Numbered from the stretch's first letter, positions 26,107-34,762 are shown. The stretch: DNA of 64,000 nt from a virus (IMGVR_UViG_3300023202_000061); one strand, 5' to 3'. The notes: generated by a model from the letters alone, not told the origin. Translations and numbers: made by a program.

Positions 26107-26802
26107 ATGCATTTAGTCATGAACTATGATAAGTTACTGAAACTCGCTGGTATTTATGAGCAGGATACTGGTTCTGCAACTACTGGAGCAGAAGCCCTTG
26201 AGACGGCTCAACGTGATCCTTCTAGGGTTGAAGAGATGCAGCGCATCATTCAGTACTCTTTAGGAGTTCATGACTCTCAATTGGCTTACAAGGCTCTTCA
26301 AAAGGGTATTCAGTTTGCCAATACTATCGAGGGTGCAGATAAGGAAGCCCTGTACAAAGCGGTTCTTGAAACAAGAAAGCCTGATTTTGTAACCTCCTTT
26401 GCTTCTCGTGTTTCTGGACTGGATAACTCCAATCCGAATATTTACAGTGTACTTTCTAGAAACCCTCAATACCTTTACCAATTTGCTAAGGGTGTGAAGG
26501 GTGCTGACACTGATAGGATCTACAAAACCCTTCTTAATATCTACAAGAAGGATCCGAACAATCGATACCTTGTTTGGGCCGATCAAGTAAAGAATATTGC
26601 AGATAAGAGATTGCTACAAGAGCAATACCCAGCTTCAAACCCCGCAGAGCTTTTCCCATTCAAACCAAAAGAAGAGCCAGAAGATGCAGCCCAGGAGGGT
26701 CCGGTTCCACAGGATGAAGAGGTTGCTGAAAAGAAAGAAATAACAGCATCTCTTTTTCAAAAACTGTTATCTCTTGGTATTGTAAATAAGTCGAGAGTGT
26801 AA
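26107..26802 (+). CDS. hypothetical protein
   Basis: 231-aa ORF. Confidence 0.5.
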   Translation: MHLVMNYDKLLKLAGIYEQDTGSATTGAEALETAQRDPSRVEEMQRIIQYSLGVHDSQLAYKALQKGIQFANTIEGADKEALYKAVLETRKPDFVTSFASRVSGLDNSNPNIYSVLSRNPQYLYQFAKGVKGADTDRIYKTLLNIYKKDPNNRYLVWADQVKNIADKRLLQEQYPASNPAELFPFKPKEEPEDAAQEGPVPQDEEVAEKKEITASLFQKLLSLGIVNKSRV

Positions 26803-26811
26803 AGTCATTGT

Positions 26812-27447
26812 TTGTCAATACAAATGGATGGCAAAACTAAACTCTTTGTATCTACTTGTTTAGATCTGCTTCTTACCAAAGGAATAGAGGTTAGACTTAT
26901 TCCTTCAGACAGGGTTGTTGGTGATGACGGAGTTAAGTGTGCTGGTTGGTTTGACAACGAGAAGAAAGAACTTGTTATTGCAACTGCCAGGGATGATTGG
27001 ATTGAAACATTCGTCCATGAATACTGCCACTTTGAACAATACCTAGACGGAATGTTCAAGGGGTTTGACGATTCTCGTCTTTGGAATTGGCTCGGCGGAA
27101 AAATTGAGCTAGAACAGGAAGAGATTAATAGGCTGTGCGTTCAATCCAGGGAGCTTGAGGCTGACTGTGAGCGCAGAGCAATGAGGAAGATAAAGCAATA
27201 TGAACTACCAATTGACACCCGTTACTATGCACGGAAAGGCAATGCGTACATCATGGTCTACAATGCGATTAGTAGATACCATTCAGTCCCGCAAAAAGTT
27301 GCACCATACAGAATCGCAGACATCTGTAACCTCTTTTCAGAAGACATTCTTGAGTCTTTTGATAGTACTCCATCTGAGTACTTTGAACTCTTGAAGAAGT
27401 ACTGTTATGAAAAAAATCAGATAAAGTCTTTTCCTGTTGAGACTTGA
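26812..27447 (+). CDS. hypothetical protein
   Basis: 211-aa ORF. Confidence 0.5.
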   Translation: MSIQMDGKTKLFVSTCLDLLLTKGIEVRLIPSDRVVGDDGVKCAGWFDNEKKELVIATARDDWIETFVHEYCHFEQYLDGMFKGFDDSRLWNWLGGKIELEQEEINRLCVQSRELEADCERRAMRKIKQYELPIDTRYYARKGNAYIMVYNAISRYHSVPQKVAPYRIADICNLFSEDILESFDSTPSEYFELLKKYCYEKNQIKSFPVET

Positions 27448-27815
27448 TCTACGAAGTAATCGAAATTGTCGGCCAACTCTTCGTATAGCGGCCAAGCGCC
27501 ATTGAGGCGCTTGTAGCAGCGGTAGTAGCTGGCCCTTCCAATTCCACTGTAGAAGGAAATGTCACAGGGGATTGACTCCGGGAACATGACTCTGGTAAAG
27601 AAGACCCAGTCCCCTATGTCCTGAAAGAGTTGGAAATTGTGTTTCTGCTTTGCATCAAACCAAAGAAGAACAACTGATTTATCAGAGAGATCCTTTTCGC
27701 CTTTCAAGTACTTTCGCAAAGTAGACTTGATGTATGCGGACGTTTCCCAATGTTCGCTCTTAAGGTCTACCCAACGGTCTAAAACTGACTCGAAACTCTC
27801 TGTGCACAATTTCAT
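27417..27815 (-). CDS. hypothetical protein (minus strand)
   Basis: 132-aa ORF in a region with no competing + ORF. Confidence 0.4.
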   Translation of the reverse strand: MKLCTESFESVLDRWVDLKSEHWETSAYIKSTLRKYLKGEKDLSDKSVVLLWFDAKQKHNFQLFQDIGDWVFFTRVMFPESIPCDISFYSGIGRASYYRCYKRLNGAWPLYEELADNFDYFVDQVSTGKDFI

Positions 27816-28084
27816 GTAATAATGCCGCAGAAGTGATATAGGGGATAGGTACCTACATGTAGGTAAGTTTCAATCGGATTTGTTTCCGGTCGAGATACGA
27901 AGGACTCATGACAAGAGTCGAACGTTGAAGAAGCGTTGACAGCAGGAAAGACTGCCACCTCGATAGAGGATAGCTAAATCACATATAGACTAAAGCACAG
28001 GGAGCTGTGCCACTCTAAGCCATGATTTGGCTGTCTTCAATAGTTGACAGTTCTCTCTGTGCTTGGGGTTTAGTATGGAGAAAC

Positions 28085-28828
28085 ATGAATACATTACTTA
28101 ACAAACTCAGATACCTTGCAGTCGTAGTAACGGCGTTTGCTCTATTGGGAGCAACGGAACCAAAGAATGAGCAAGAGGTATCGCACACATCTGTAGAGAA
28201 AGTTTCTGCACATCTAGTTTCTCTTCCACTATGGTGGGAGGATGCAAGACTTGAGAAACCTGAAGATCGCAAAGAGAGGCTTGATATTGTAGCTGATACA
28301 CAGCTAGATGTTGCTTATGAACTCACATGCACCGGAGTGTATGACACTCCTGAGTGTGAACCGCAGTTCCATTCAGATTACAGAAAGCTTGTTGGACTAA
28401 TCATTACAGCAGGTTTTTGGGAGACCCGATACGCTCGACGTATCCAGCTTGGAGATTGCAAGAAGAAGGGCGAGAAGATGCCTCTTGGAGGTGTAGCTTC
28501 TCGAAACGAATGTGATTCTGGTAGGGCTCGCTCAGTTTATCAGGTTCAAAAGAATGGTGCATACCCAGAGGAGCTTTGGGATAACGCATTAGGGCTTGAT
28601 TGGCAGTCTCATAGAGATGCGGCAATGGCAGCTGGTCTTACCTTCTCTCATGCTTGGAAGAAGTGTTACGGAAACCATGGTGACTATGGGGTATGGGGTG
28701 CTTATGCAATTGGTAAGTGCGCTACGGTTGAGAAGGGTGTTGCTCGCGCACGATCTTATCGAAAGAGAATGGTTATACTTTACAGGGTGTTGCCAGAGAT
28801 GAGGCGTCAAAACAGGAATCCTTCCTGA
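28085..28828 (+). CDS. hypothetical exported protein
   Basis: ATG at 28085 inside track ORF 28022..28828; N-terminal hydrophobic segment. Confidence 0.45.
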   Translation: MNTLLNKLRYLAVVVTAFALLGATEPKNEQEVSHTSVEKVSAHLVSLPLWWEDARLEKPEDRKERLDIVADTQLDVAYELTCTGVYDTPECEPQFHSDYRKLVGLIITAGFWETRYARRIQLGDCKKKGEKMPLGGVASRNECDSGRARSVYQVQKNGAYPEELWDNALGLDWQSHRDAAMAAGLTFSHAWKKCYGNHGDYGVWGAYAIGKCATVEKGVARARSYRKRMVILYRVLPEMRRQNRNPS

Positions 28829-28857
28829 TATAAAAGAGGGTGGAAACACCCTCGCAT

Positions 28858-28929
28858 TCCTGGGTAGCTCAATGGCAGAGCTTTCGGCTGTTAACCGGAT
28901 GGTTGTAGGTTCGACCCCTACCCCAGGAG
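28858..28929 (+). tRNA. tRNA-Asn(GTT)
   Basis: acceptor TCCTGGG/CCCAGGA, D-arm GCTCAATGGCAGAGC, loop CTGTTAA. Confidence 0.7.
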
Positions 28930-29027
28930 CTAGATTACCAGGGAGTTGCACGCTGACCTTTTGCGGTAGATCTAAGTCACAGCGGTAGCCCCTCCCATTT
29001 ACGATCAATCAATACTGAGCCATTTCT

Positions 29028-29405
29028 TTGATGGCTCTGGTTGATCAAATATTGAAAGCTGCGTCCGAATTCCAAGATGCAGCTTACAAAGAACGCAGGC
29101 GTATAGACCTGACAACGGTTCTTCCAACATTGAAGGGCTGGGATGCAATCAAAAGCCTCCTAGCTCAATATGGAATGGATGTAGGCGCAGAATTCGCAAA
29201 GAACAAGCACTACATAAAGAAAGGATCTGGCATCCTTACCAAGATGTATCTTCTTGGTAACTATGATGGGTGTAGAATAATACCAGACTCACCACCACCT
29301 CCATCTTCTCATGTCGAGATTAACCCTGCGATTTATTACAGTGAATCTGCAAAGTACGATAGAGAAGAAGATGAAAGGGAAAACAACCAATACAACGACA
29401 TATGA
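29028..29405 (+). CDS. hypothetical protein
   Basis: 125-aa ORF. Confidence 0.45.
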   Translation: MMALVDQILKAASEFQDAAYKERRRIDLTTVLPTLKGWDAIKSLLAQYGMDVGAEFAKNKHYIKKGSGILTKMYLLGNYDGCRIIPDSPPPPSSHVEINPAIYYSESAKYDREEDERENNQYNDI

Positions 29406-29688
29406 TTGTCCTCTCTGTGGTCGAGAAGTCCCAAAGGTCAGTGACCATCACTTAGTTCCTAAGTCAAGAGGTGGAAGAGAAACACTTCCAATTTGCTTGG
29501 ACTGCCACAAATCAGTACATGCATTCTTCACTAACAAAGAACTAGAGACCACATACAATACGGTCGAGTCCCTCTTGGCGGACGAGAGTTTTGGTAAGCA
29601 CATAAAGTGGCTTTCGAAACAAGATTCCAACAGGCGGTATAAAACCAAGAGACGCAACGACAAGAAGCGTCGAGGAAGAAGTGGTTAA
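29371..29688 (+). CDS. small HNH endonuclease
   Basis: CPLCGREVPKVSDHHLVPKSRGGRETLPICLDCHKSVH. Confidence 0.7.
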   Translation: MKGKTTNTTTYDCPLCGREVPKVSDHHLVPKSRGGRETLPICLDCHKSVHAFFTNKELETTYNTVESLLADESFGKHIKWLSKQDSNRRYKTKRRNDKKRRGRSG

Positions 29689-29925
29689 GTGTCGAATGTT
29701 GTTTACATACAAGATTATCTAAGGAATAAAGACATGATAACAGATACACAAGCTCACGCTGAGTGGGAAAGAGTAGGACTCCGCACACTGCTGCAGAAAC
29801 TCTGCAACTCTCTTTACGAGACAGCGCATGGATTTGTAGTTTCTTTCTTGCCCGACTCAGAAATTGAGGCAGAGAAAGAGTTAGTCAGAGTTTTCGGCGC
29901 TGACTGGCGTACCAGAAAAGGCTGA
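29689..29925 (+). CDS. hypothetical protein
   Basis: 78-aa ORF. Confidence 0.4.
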   Translation: MSNVVYIQDYLRNKDMITDTQAHAEWERVGLRTLLQKLCNSLYETAHGFVVSFLPDSEIEAEKELVRVFGADWRTRKG

Positions 29926-29957
29926 TTCCAAGACCTCTGTAAAGTTAGAGGTCACAT

Positions 29958-30029
29958 GCTCCTTTAGCTCAATGGATAGAGCAACCGGCTTCTACCCGGT
30001 CGATGAGGGTTCGAGTCCTTCAAGGAGTG
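29958..30029 (+). tRNA. tRNA-Arg(TCT)
   Basis: acceptor GCTCCTT/AAGGAGT, anticodon stem ACCGG/CCGGT, loop CTTCTAC, encoded CCA. Confidence 0.65.
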
Positions 30030-30032
30030 CCA

Positions 30033-30257
30033 ATGGAAAAGTATGAATACAGTGTGATTGATGTAGTGAATAGAATTCACTGTACAGTCCGAGGAACCTG
30101 GCAAGATTACTCTGATCTTGAGTACATGAAGAAAGCATCTGAATGGCTCTCTTGGAGGGTTAGAGAAGGCTGGGATGACTCAGATGATACACAGTACGCA
30201 TCATTGCTTAGGTGTATGGCTCTCATCACTTTAGATGAAGCAAAAAAAAATGGTTAG
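30033..30257 (+). CDS. hypothetical protein (start moved downstream of the tRNA)
   Basis: ATG after tRNA-Arg; the track ORF 30003.. overlaps the tRNA. Confidence 0.4.
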   Translation: MEKYEYSVIDVVNRIHCTVRGTWQDYSDLEYMKKASEWLSWRVREGWDDSDDTQYASLLRCMALITLDEAKKNG

Positions 30258-30311
30258 AGATATATACTCCTAAGGAACAATCAATACAACAGTATAATAT
30301 AATGATATACT

Positions 30312-30384
30312 GGGCCTATAGCACAACGGTTAGTGCAAGCCGCTCATAACGGATAGGTTGGGGGTTCGAATCCCTCTAGGCCCA
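30312..30384 (+). tRNA. tRNA-Met(CAT)
   Basis: acceptor GGGCCTA/TAGGCCC, loop CTCATAA, T-arm GGGGGTTCGAATCCCTC. Confidence 0.6.
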
Positions 30385-30397
30385 CTAAGCTAACTAT

Positions 30398-30479
30398 GGT
30401 GAATTAACACGGCTGGGCCGTGAGTCCTCTTTCTTCGGAGACTGGTCAAGTTAGCGAGTTCGATTCTCGTAATTCACCC
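30398..30479 (+). ncRNA. tRNA-like gene with 8-bp acceptor and 6-bp D-stem (Sec-like fold), anticodon uncertain
   Basis: acceptor GGTGAATT/AATTCACC, D hairpin CACGGC-TGG-GCCGTG, anticodon region GTCCTC-TTTCTTC-GGAGAC, T-arm GCGAGTTCGATTCTCGT. Confidence 0.35.
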
Positions 30480-30482
30480 TAA

Positions 30483-30601
30483 GTAACGCGCTTGAGAGAT
30501 CGTTCATCTTTTATTTGCAACATAAAACCAGCCTGTTCGATTCAGGCAATACTGCTCATGGTGGTCTAGGAGAGCAACTCGGTCTTTCTTCTTTTCGTTA
30601 C
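30483..30601 (+). repeat. A/B cassette 7 (A 30483-30507, B 30581-30601) enclosing a tRNA 3' portion
   Basis: interior has anticodon-like hairpin TTTTAT-TTGCAAC-ATAAAA (GCA), T-arm GCCTGTTCGATTCAGGC, acceptor-3' AATACTG, then D-arm-like GCTCATGGTGGTCTAGGAGAGC. Confidence 0.45.
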
Positions 30602-30606
30602 TTTAT

Positions 30607-30679
30607 GTCCCCATCTTACTAACGGTTAGGTGGTCTGATTCTCAGTCAGAAGGTCTCGGTTCGAATCCGGGTGGGGATG
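30607..30679 (+). tRNA. tRNA-Glu(CTC)
   Basis: acceptor GTCCCCA/TGGGGAT, anticodon stem TCTGA/TCAGA, loop TTCTCAG, encoded CCA. Confidence 0.6.
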
Positions 30680-30681
30680 CC

Positions 30682-30984
30682 ATGAAGGTACCTGGTGAAT
30701 ACTTAGTAATTCTTGGTGATGAGTTTTCAAAACTAAAAATACCAAAAACCCCAGGTGAATTCTGGGAGTGCCTGAATGAAGAGTTTTTGCACAAAAAGGT
30801 TGATCTTAATAAACTTAAGCACTGGGTTCGTCATAGACTAGAATTATTTTTACAAGTAGGTTCAATAGATAAAATACCAGATCTCGATGTACACCAAAAT
30901 CAGAGTGATGCTTGCGAAGTATTTATTCTTGCAGATGGAAAAGATTTAGAGATTTGGTTAGTAGAAAATTTCAAGGCCATATGA
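30682..30984 (+). CDS. hypothetical protein
   Basis: 100-aa ORF. Confidence 0.45.
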   Translation: MKVPGEYLVILGDEFSKLKIPKTPGEFWECLNEEFLHKKVDLNKLKHWVRHRLELFLQVGSIDKIPDLDVHQNQSDACEVFILADGKDLEIWLVENFKAI

Positions 30985-31077
30985 AATATTTATGGTGCTC
31001 ACCGCAATGAGATTATCTCTTTAGCTTATACAACATTAACTCTAACACTAGGGATTGCGGGTGTTGTATAAGTGTCT

Positions 31078-31148
31078 GTCGAGGATCCAAATGGCCAGGG
31101 GGCTGTCTGCAAAACAGTTATTAGCGGGTTCGATTCCCGCCCTCGACT
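31078..31148 (+). tRNA. tRNA-Cys(GCA)
   Basis: acceptor GTCGAGG/CCTCGAC, anticodon stem GCTGT/ACAGT, loop CTGCAAA. Confidence 0.6.
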
Positions 31149-31152
31149 CTAA

Positions 31153-31319
31153 GTAACGCGCTTTGAGATCATTCATCGCCTGTTAAGCCGGATATGGAGG
31201 TTCGATTCCTTCTTCTCGCGCTAAAAGCTAGTTAGTGTACGCACTAAAAGCTAATAAGTGTACGCGAGAATCGTCTAATGGTAGGACGCCGTAAAATGAG
31301 GTCTCGCATCTTTCGTTAC
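31153..31319 (+). repeat. A/B cassette 8 (A 31153-31177, B 31300-31319) enclosing permuted tRNA-like halves
   Basis: 3' portion ...GGAGGTTCGATTCCTTC TTCTCGC G (31196-31220); 5' portion GCGAGAA TC GTCTAATGGTAGGACG (31264-31288); acceptor strands perfectly complementary. Confidence 0.55.
31220..31264 (+). repeat. tandem direct repeat, 2 x about 23 nt (GCTAAAAGCTAGTTAGTGTACG / CACTAAAAGCTAATAAGTGTACG)
   Basis: forms the linker between the permuted halves of cassette 8. Confidence 0.6.
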
Positions 31320-31323
31320 TTTT

Positions 31324-31403
31324 GCTCATGTGGTGAAACAGGAAAACACGACAAGTTCAAACCTTGTTGCTTCGGCTTGGGGGTTCGAGTCCCTCCATGA
31401 GCA
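31324..31403 (+). tRNA. tRNA-Leu(CAA), type II
   Basis: acceptor GCTCATG/CATGAGC, anticodon stem ACAAG/CTTGT, loop TTCAAAC, variable hairpin GCTTCGGC. Confidence 0.65.
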
Positions 31404-31424
31404 CTCTTCAAAAGTAGAAAATAA

Positions 31425-31757
31425 ATGAGCACCAAAACACCCTCTGAAAAGTTTCTGGAAGAATACAAAGCTCTGTGTGAAAAACATAGTTACCACATCT
31501 GTCAAACATACCCAGTCATTTATGGTAACGATCCGGATGAAGAAGAGTACTACAGCACATTCTCCGTACTTCCCTTTGAAACCAAGTCAGGTAAAATCAT
31601 AGGTATCAATCCGATAACTCATGAACAACATGCTGAGCTTGTTAAGAAGGTTTCTCAAGATGAAGAAGAATCATTGGAAGCAATGAAAGCATCTTATGAA
31701 AGATGTGGTGGCAAGTTTGATGAAGAGGGTAATCCAATAGGATTTGAAGATGAGTGA
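31425..31757 (+). CDS. hypothetical acidic protein
   Basis: 110-aa ORF. Confidence 0.5.
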   Translation: MSTKTPSEKFLEEYKALCEKHSYHICQTYPVIYGNDPDEEEYYSTFSVLPFETKSGKIIGINPITHEQHAELVKKVSQDEEESLEAMKASYERCGGKFDEEGNPIGFEDE

Positions 31758-31980
31758 AAGAGTAGACATACCACAATTTGAACTCATCGGAACTAAGTGT
31801 AAGCATGAAGATTGTGATGGGGTTCTGACTCCTTACTGGCACCTAAAGAAAGCCGAGACAGGACATCAATGCTCAGTTTGTAATGATAAGTTCGATGTTA
31901 TAAAAAGGGATAAGGAATCTCATAAGAAGGAACTCCGACTACTCTTTCCTCAAATGATAGACAAAATAGATATAAAGTAA
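31744..31980 (+). CDS. hypothetical Zn-ribbon protein
   Basis: CKHEDCDG...CSVCND. Confidence 0.45.
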   Translation: MKMSERVDIPQFELIGTKCKHEDCDGVLTPYWHLKKAETGHQCSVCNDKFDVIKRDKESHKKELRLLFPQMIDKIDIK

Positions 31981-32062
31981 CCGTGCGTGGTGGAACTGGC
32001 ATACACACTTGGTTTAAGCCCAAGCGCCTTCGGGATTGGGGGTTCGACTCCCTCCGCACGGA
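31981..32062 (+). tRNA. tRNA-Leu(TAA), type II
   Basis: acceptor CCGTGCG/CGCACGG, anticodon stem CTTGG/CCAAG, loop TTTAAGC, long variable arm. Confidence 0.65.
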
Positions 32063-32067
32063 CTACT

Positions 32068-32262
32068 ATGAGTTTAGAAATAAGTAGATATGGATGGTAC
32101 TTGCGGCTAGGACGTTTTTCTTTACATTGGTTAGCGCCCTGGGCTTGGTACGAATTCCATCTAAAAAGTTATATTTGGTCTTATCTACCAGATGATGAAC
32201 ATTTCTGGGGAAGAATATTAGGATTAGAATACTGTTGGTACAAAGGAAATTTTGATAGTTAA
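32068..32262 (+). CDS. hypothetical Trp/Tyr-rich small protein (start moved downstream of the tRNA)
   Basis: the track ORF 31987.. overlaps tRNA-Leu; ATG at 32068. Confidence 0.3.
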   Translation: MSLEISRYGWYLRLGRFSLHWLAPWAWYEFHLKSYIWSYLPDDEHFWGRILGLEYCWYKGNFDS

Positions 32263-32519
32263 TGGGATACAAAATTTGGAGAAAAGACAAGCATGGTTGG
32301 GACTTAGCCTTTGACACTGTGTACGATACGAAAGATAAGGCTGATGAATACATAGCCTCTTTGAACGCTCAGTATGCTGAGATGGTAAAGTACGGTGAGC
32401 TATCTTTTTATCCCTACCGAGAAGACATAAAGCTTGACAAAAACGGGGAAATCATCGATACTGAACTGCATAGAAGGATACGAAAACCCCGCCGTCCACA
32501 CAGACGCAAAAAGCGATAA
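32262..32519 (+). CDS. hypothetical protein
   Basis: 85-aa ORF. Confidence 0.45.
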   Translation: MGYKIWRKDKHGWDLAFDTVYDTKDKADEYIASLNAQYAEMVKYGELSFYPYREDIKLDKNGEIIDTELHRRIRKPRRPHRRKKR

Positions 32520-32552
32520 AAGGTATTCAGTTGCCAATGAAAGGGCAGACTC

Positions 32553-32783
32553 ATGTTGGATGTAAAAATGATCGCTCAAGATCCAGAGATGGTGAAAGAG
32601 AGATTGAAAACAAGAGTTACCAAAGAGGAAGATAAACAGAAGATTGAAGATGACATAGATGGCATCTGTCTTCTTTACCACGAGATCAAGCTCACCAGGA
32701 AAGCCCTGGATGATGCAAAGCATCTGCAAAAACTGCTACAGCAGGATATGATGGAAATGGCAAAGCCAAAGAACAAGAAGTAA
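32553..32783 (+). CDS. hypothetical protein
   Basis: 76-aa ORF. Confidence 0.4.
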   Translation: MLDVKMIAQDPEMVKERLKTRVTKEEDKQKIEDDIDGICLLYHEIKLTRKALDDAKHLQKLLQQDMMEMAKPKNKK

Positions 32784-32856
32784 AGACTTTGGATCATAAG
32801 TGATCCTTAGATGGGGATCACCACATGAAAGATCTCCATTCAATATTGGAGCTAAA

Positions 32857-34029
32857 ATGACACAAACACACGTAAATATCGGAACCATTGGACACGTTGA
32901 CCACGGAAAGACAACCCTTACCGCTGCGCTAACAAAGGTTCTATCGTCACTGTATGGTGGTAGCTCCATTGATTTTGATCAGATCGATAAGGCTCCTGAA
33001 GAGAAGGAGCGAGGCATTACGATCAATACATCGCATGTTGAGTACAACACTGCCAATCGGCATTATGCTCACATCGATTGTCCTGGTCATGCCGACTACG
33101 TGAAGAACATGATCACTGGAGCATCACAAATGGACGGCGCTATCCTACTAGTTGATGCTTCACAGGGAGCACAGCAGCAGACCCGTGAGCATATCCTTCT
33201 TGCTAAGCAGGTTGGAGTTGAGCAGATGGTAGTCTTCCTTAACAAGATTGATGTTTCTGATGAGGAACTCATCGAGCTTGTAGAGATGGAAGTTACTGAG
33301 ATGCTTGAGTCTCAGGGTTTTGAAGGTACACCAATGGTTAGAGGGAGTGCTCTCAAGGCACTTCAAGCTGATTCTGATGGCCCTGAGTGGCAGTGCATCA
33401 AGGATTTGGCCCAGGCTTTGGACGAACATCTCACAGAGCCTACTCGTGATTATGACTCACCATTCCTCATGCCTATTGAGGATGTTCACTCTATCCCTGG
33501 TAGAGGAACTGTTGTTACCGGACGTGTATCTCGCGGTAAGATAAAGGTAGGAGATAAGATCGAAATCATTGGTTTGAGCAAGGTTGATGACAAGCCTAGA
33601 GAGGTTGTTGTCACTGGAACTCAGGCTTTCCACAAGGACATTCCTGAAGCTGTAGCTGGTCTTAATGTTGGATTGCTCCTTCGTGGTGTAGATAAGGATG
33701 AGGTTGTCCGTGGACAAGTCATCACTGCACCAGGATCCATCAAGCCACACACCAAGGGTAAGGCTGAGATTTATGTTCTCTCTAAGGATGAGGGTGGTCG
33801 TCACACACCATTTTTCAGTGGTTACAAGCCACAGTTCTTCTTTGGTACAACATCTGTAACTGGAGAGGTTTTCCTTGATGGAGAGGGTGCAATGGTTGCT
33901 CCCGGTGGACGTTCGGAGATCAACTTTGGTCTTGATAAGCCAGTTGGTGTCGAGAACGGTATGCGTTTTGCCATTCGTGAGGGTGGTAAGACTGTTGGTG
34001 CTGGAATTGTAACTGATATCTCTGCATAA
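32857..34029 (+). CDS. tuf: translation elongation factor Tu (bacterial type, short N-terminus)
   Basis: [26 protein letters not shown]-motifs; 390 aa; GGAG RBS upstream of ATG at 32857. Confidence 0.9.
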   Translation: MTQTHVNIGTIGHVDHGKTTLTAALTKVLSSLYGGSSIDFDQIDKAPEEKERGITINTSHVEYNTANRHYAHIDCPGHADYVKNMITGASQMDGAILLVDASQGAQQQTREHILLAKQVGVEQMVVFLNKIDVSDEELIELVEMEVTEMLESQGFEGTPMVRGSALKALQADSDGPEWQCIKDLAQALDEHLTEPTRDYDSPFLMPIEDVHSIPGRGTVVTGRVSRGKIKVGDKIEIIGLSKVDDKPREVVVTGTQAFHKDIPEAVAGLNVGLLLRGVDKDEVVRGQVITAPGSIKPHTKGKAEIYVLSKDEGGRHTPFFSGYKPQFFFGTTSVTGEVFLDGEGAMVAPGGRSEINFGLDKPVGVENGMRFAIREGGKTVGAGIVTDISA

Positions 34030-34144
34030 TACCAATTGTTAGGAGAGGCTTTCGTCTCTCCTAACAATCCAGCTCTAAAGAGTTCGCTATGATTTGCCGA
34101 TTAAAACACAAACCGACTAAACAGAAACCCAAGTACAACACTTT

Positions 34145-34217
34145 GGGCCAGTCGGTTAATTGTGCAAACCAGCAGGCTTTTACCCTGTGACTGTGAGTTC
34201 GACTCTCACCTGGCCCA
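34145..34217 (+). tRNA. tRNA-Lys(TTT)
   Basis: acceptor GGGCCAG/CTGGCCC, loop CTTTTAC, T-arm GTGAGTTCGACTCTCAC, encoded CCA. Confidence 0.6.
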
Positions 34218-34235
34218 CCACCACGAATGTGGTTT

Positions 34236-34308
34236 GGGCCTATAGCTAAATGGTAAAGCAGCGGACTTTTAATCCGAAGATTTCTCAGTTCAAGTCTGGG
34301 TGGGCCTA
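34236..34308 (+). tRNA. tRNA-Lys(TTT), second copy
   Basis: acceptor GGGCCTA/TGGGCCT, loop CTTTTAA, encoded CCA. Confidence 0.5.
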
Positions 34309-34413
34309 CCAAAGGAGGATATGGGATGTTATGTAGTAAACGTATGCTCTTGGTGCACCAAGGAATTTGAACCCCATACATTCCTTTGATAGTTTCTAGA
34401 CTAAAAAGGAGGG

Positions 34414-34761
34414 ATGATGGAGGTGAAAGTGACAAAGTTGATAAAGAACGTTCTCCCAAAGGGATGGAGAAGGGCACCCAACATAGCTCATAGAGTCTTA
34501 GTTGATAAGACCAACAAGATGAAGCATGACTTTCTTATCGAAAGGGAAGGTCTGAAAGAATGGGCTGCTATTTACATTGAGAAGGATGTTTGGGCTTATG
34601 GAGACACTCCCAAAGAAGCCATGGACAACCTGATTGATATGGACCTAAATCCAGAAGGTCGAGCAACTTCTAGCCATAGGGTTGTTGCTAGGTTTAACGA
34701 GGCCGCAGTGGGTATTGGTCTTGAAGAGTTTGAAGTACGTATAGGTAAAAGAGAGATTTGA
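34414..34761 (+). CDS. hypothetical protein
   Basis: 115-aa ORF. Confidence 0.5.
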   Translation: MMEVKVTKLIKNVLPKGWRRAPNIAHRVLVDKTNKMKHDFLIEREGLKEWAAIYIEKDVWAYGDTPKEAMDNLIDMDLNPEGRATSSHRVVARFNEAAVGIGLEEFEVRIGKREI

Positions 34762-34762
34762 C

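Noticed and set aside
31153-31220. Apparent 8-bp stem with 3-nt bulge between motif A8 (GCGC-TTT-GAGA) and the element's 3' end (TCTC-GCGC)
   Set aside because: The equivalent pairing is absent in the other seven cassettes. It is likely coincidental.
19400-31400. CRISPR array as an explanation for the repeated A/B motifs
   Set aside because: The repeats are not regularly spaced, differ in length and sequence by more than CRISPR repeats do, and are tied to tRNA ends. No cas genes are present.
33457-34035. 192-aa minus-strand ORF
   Set aside because: It is antisense to the strongly supported EF-Tu gene.
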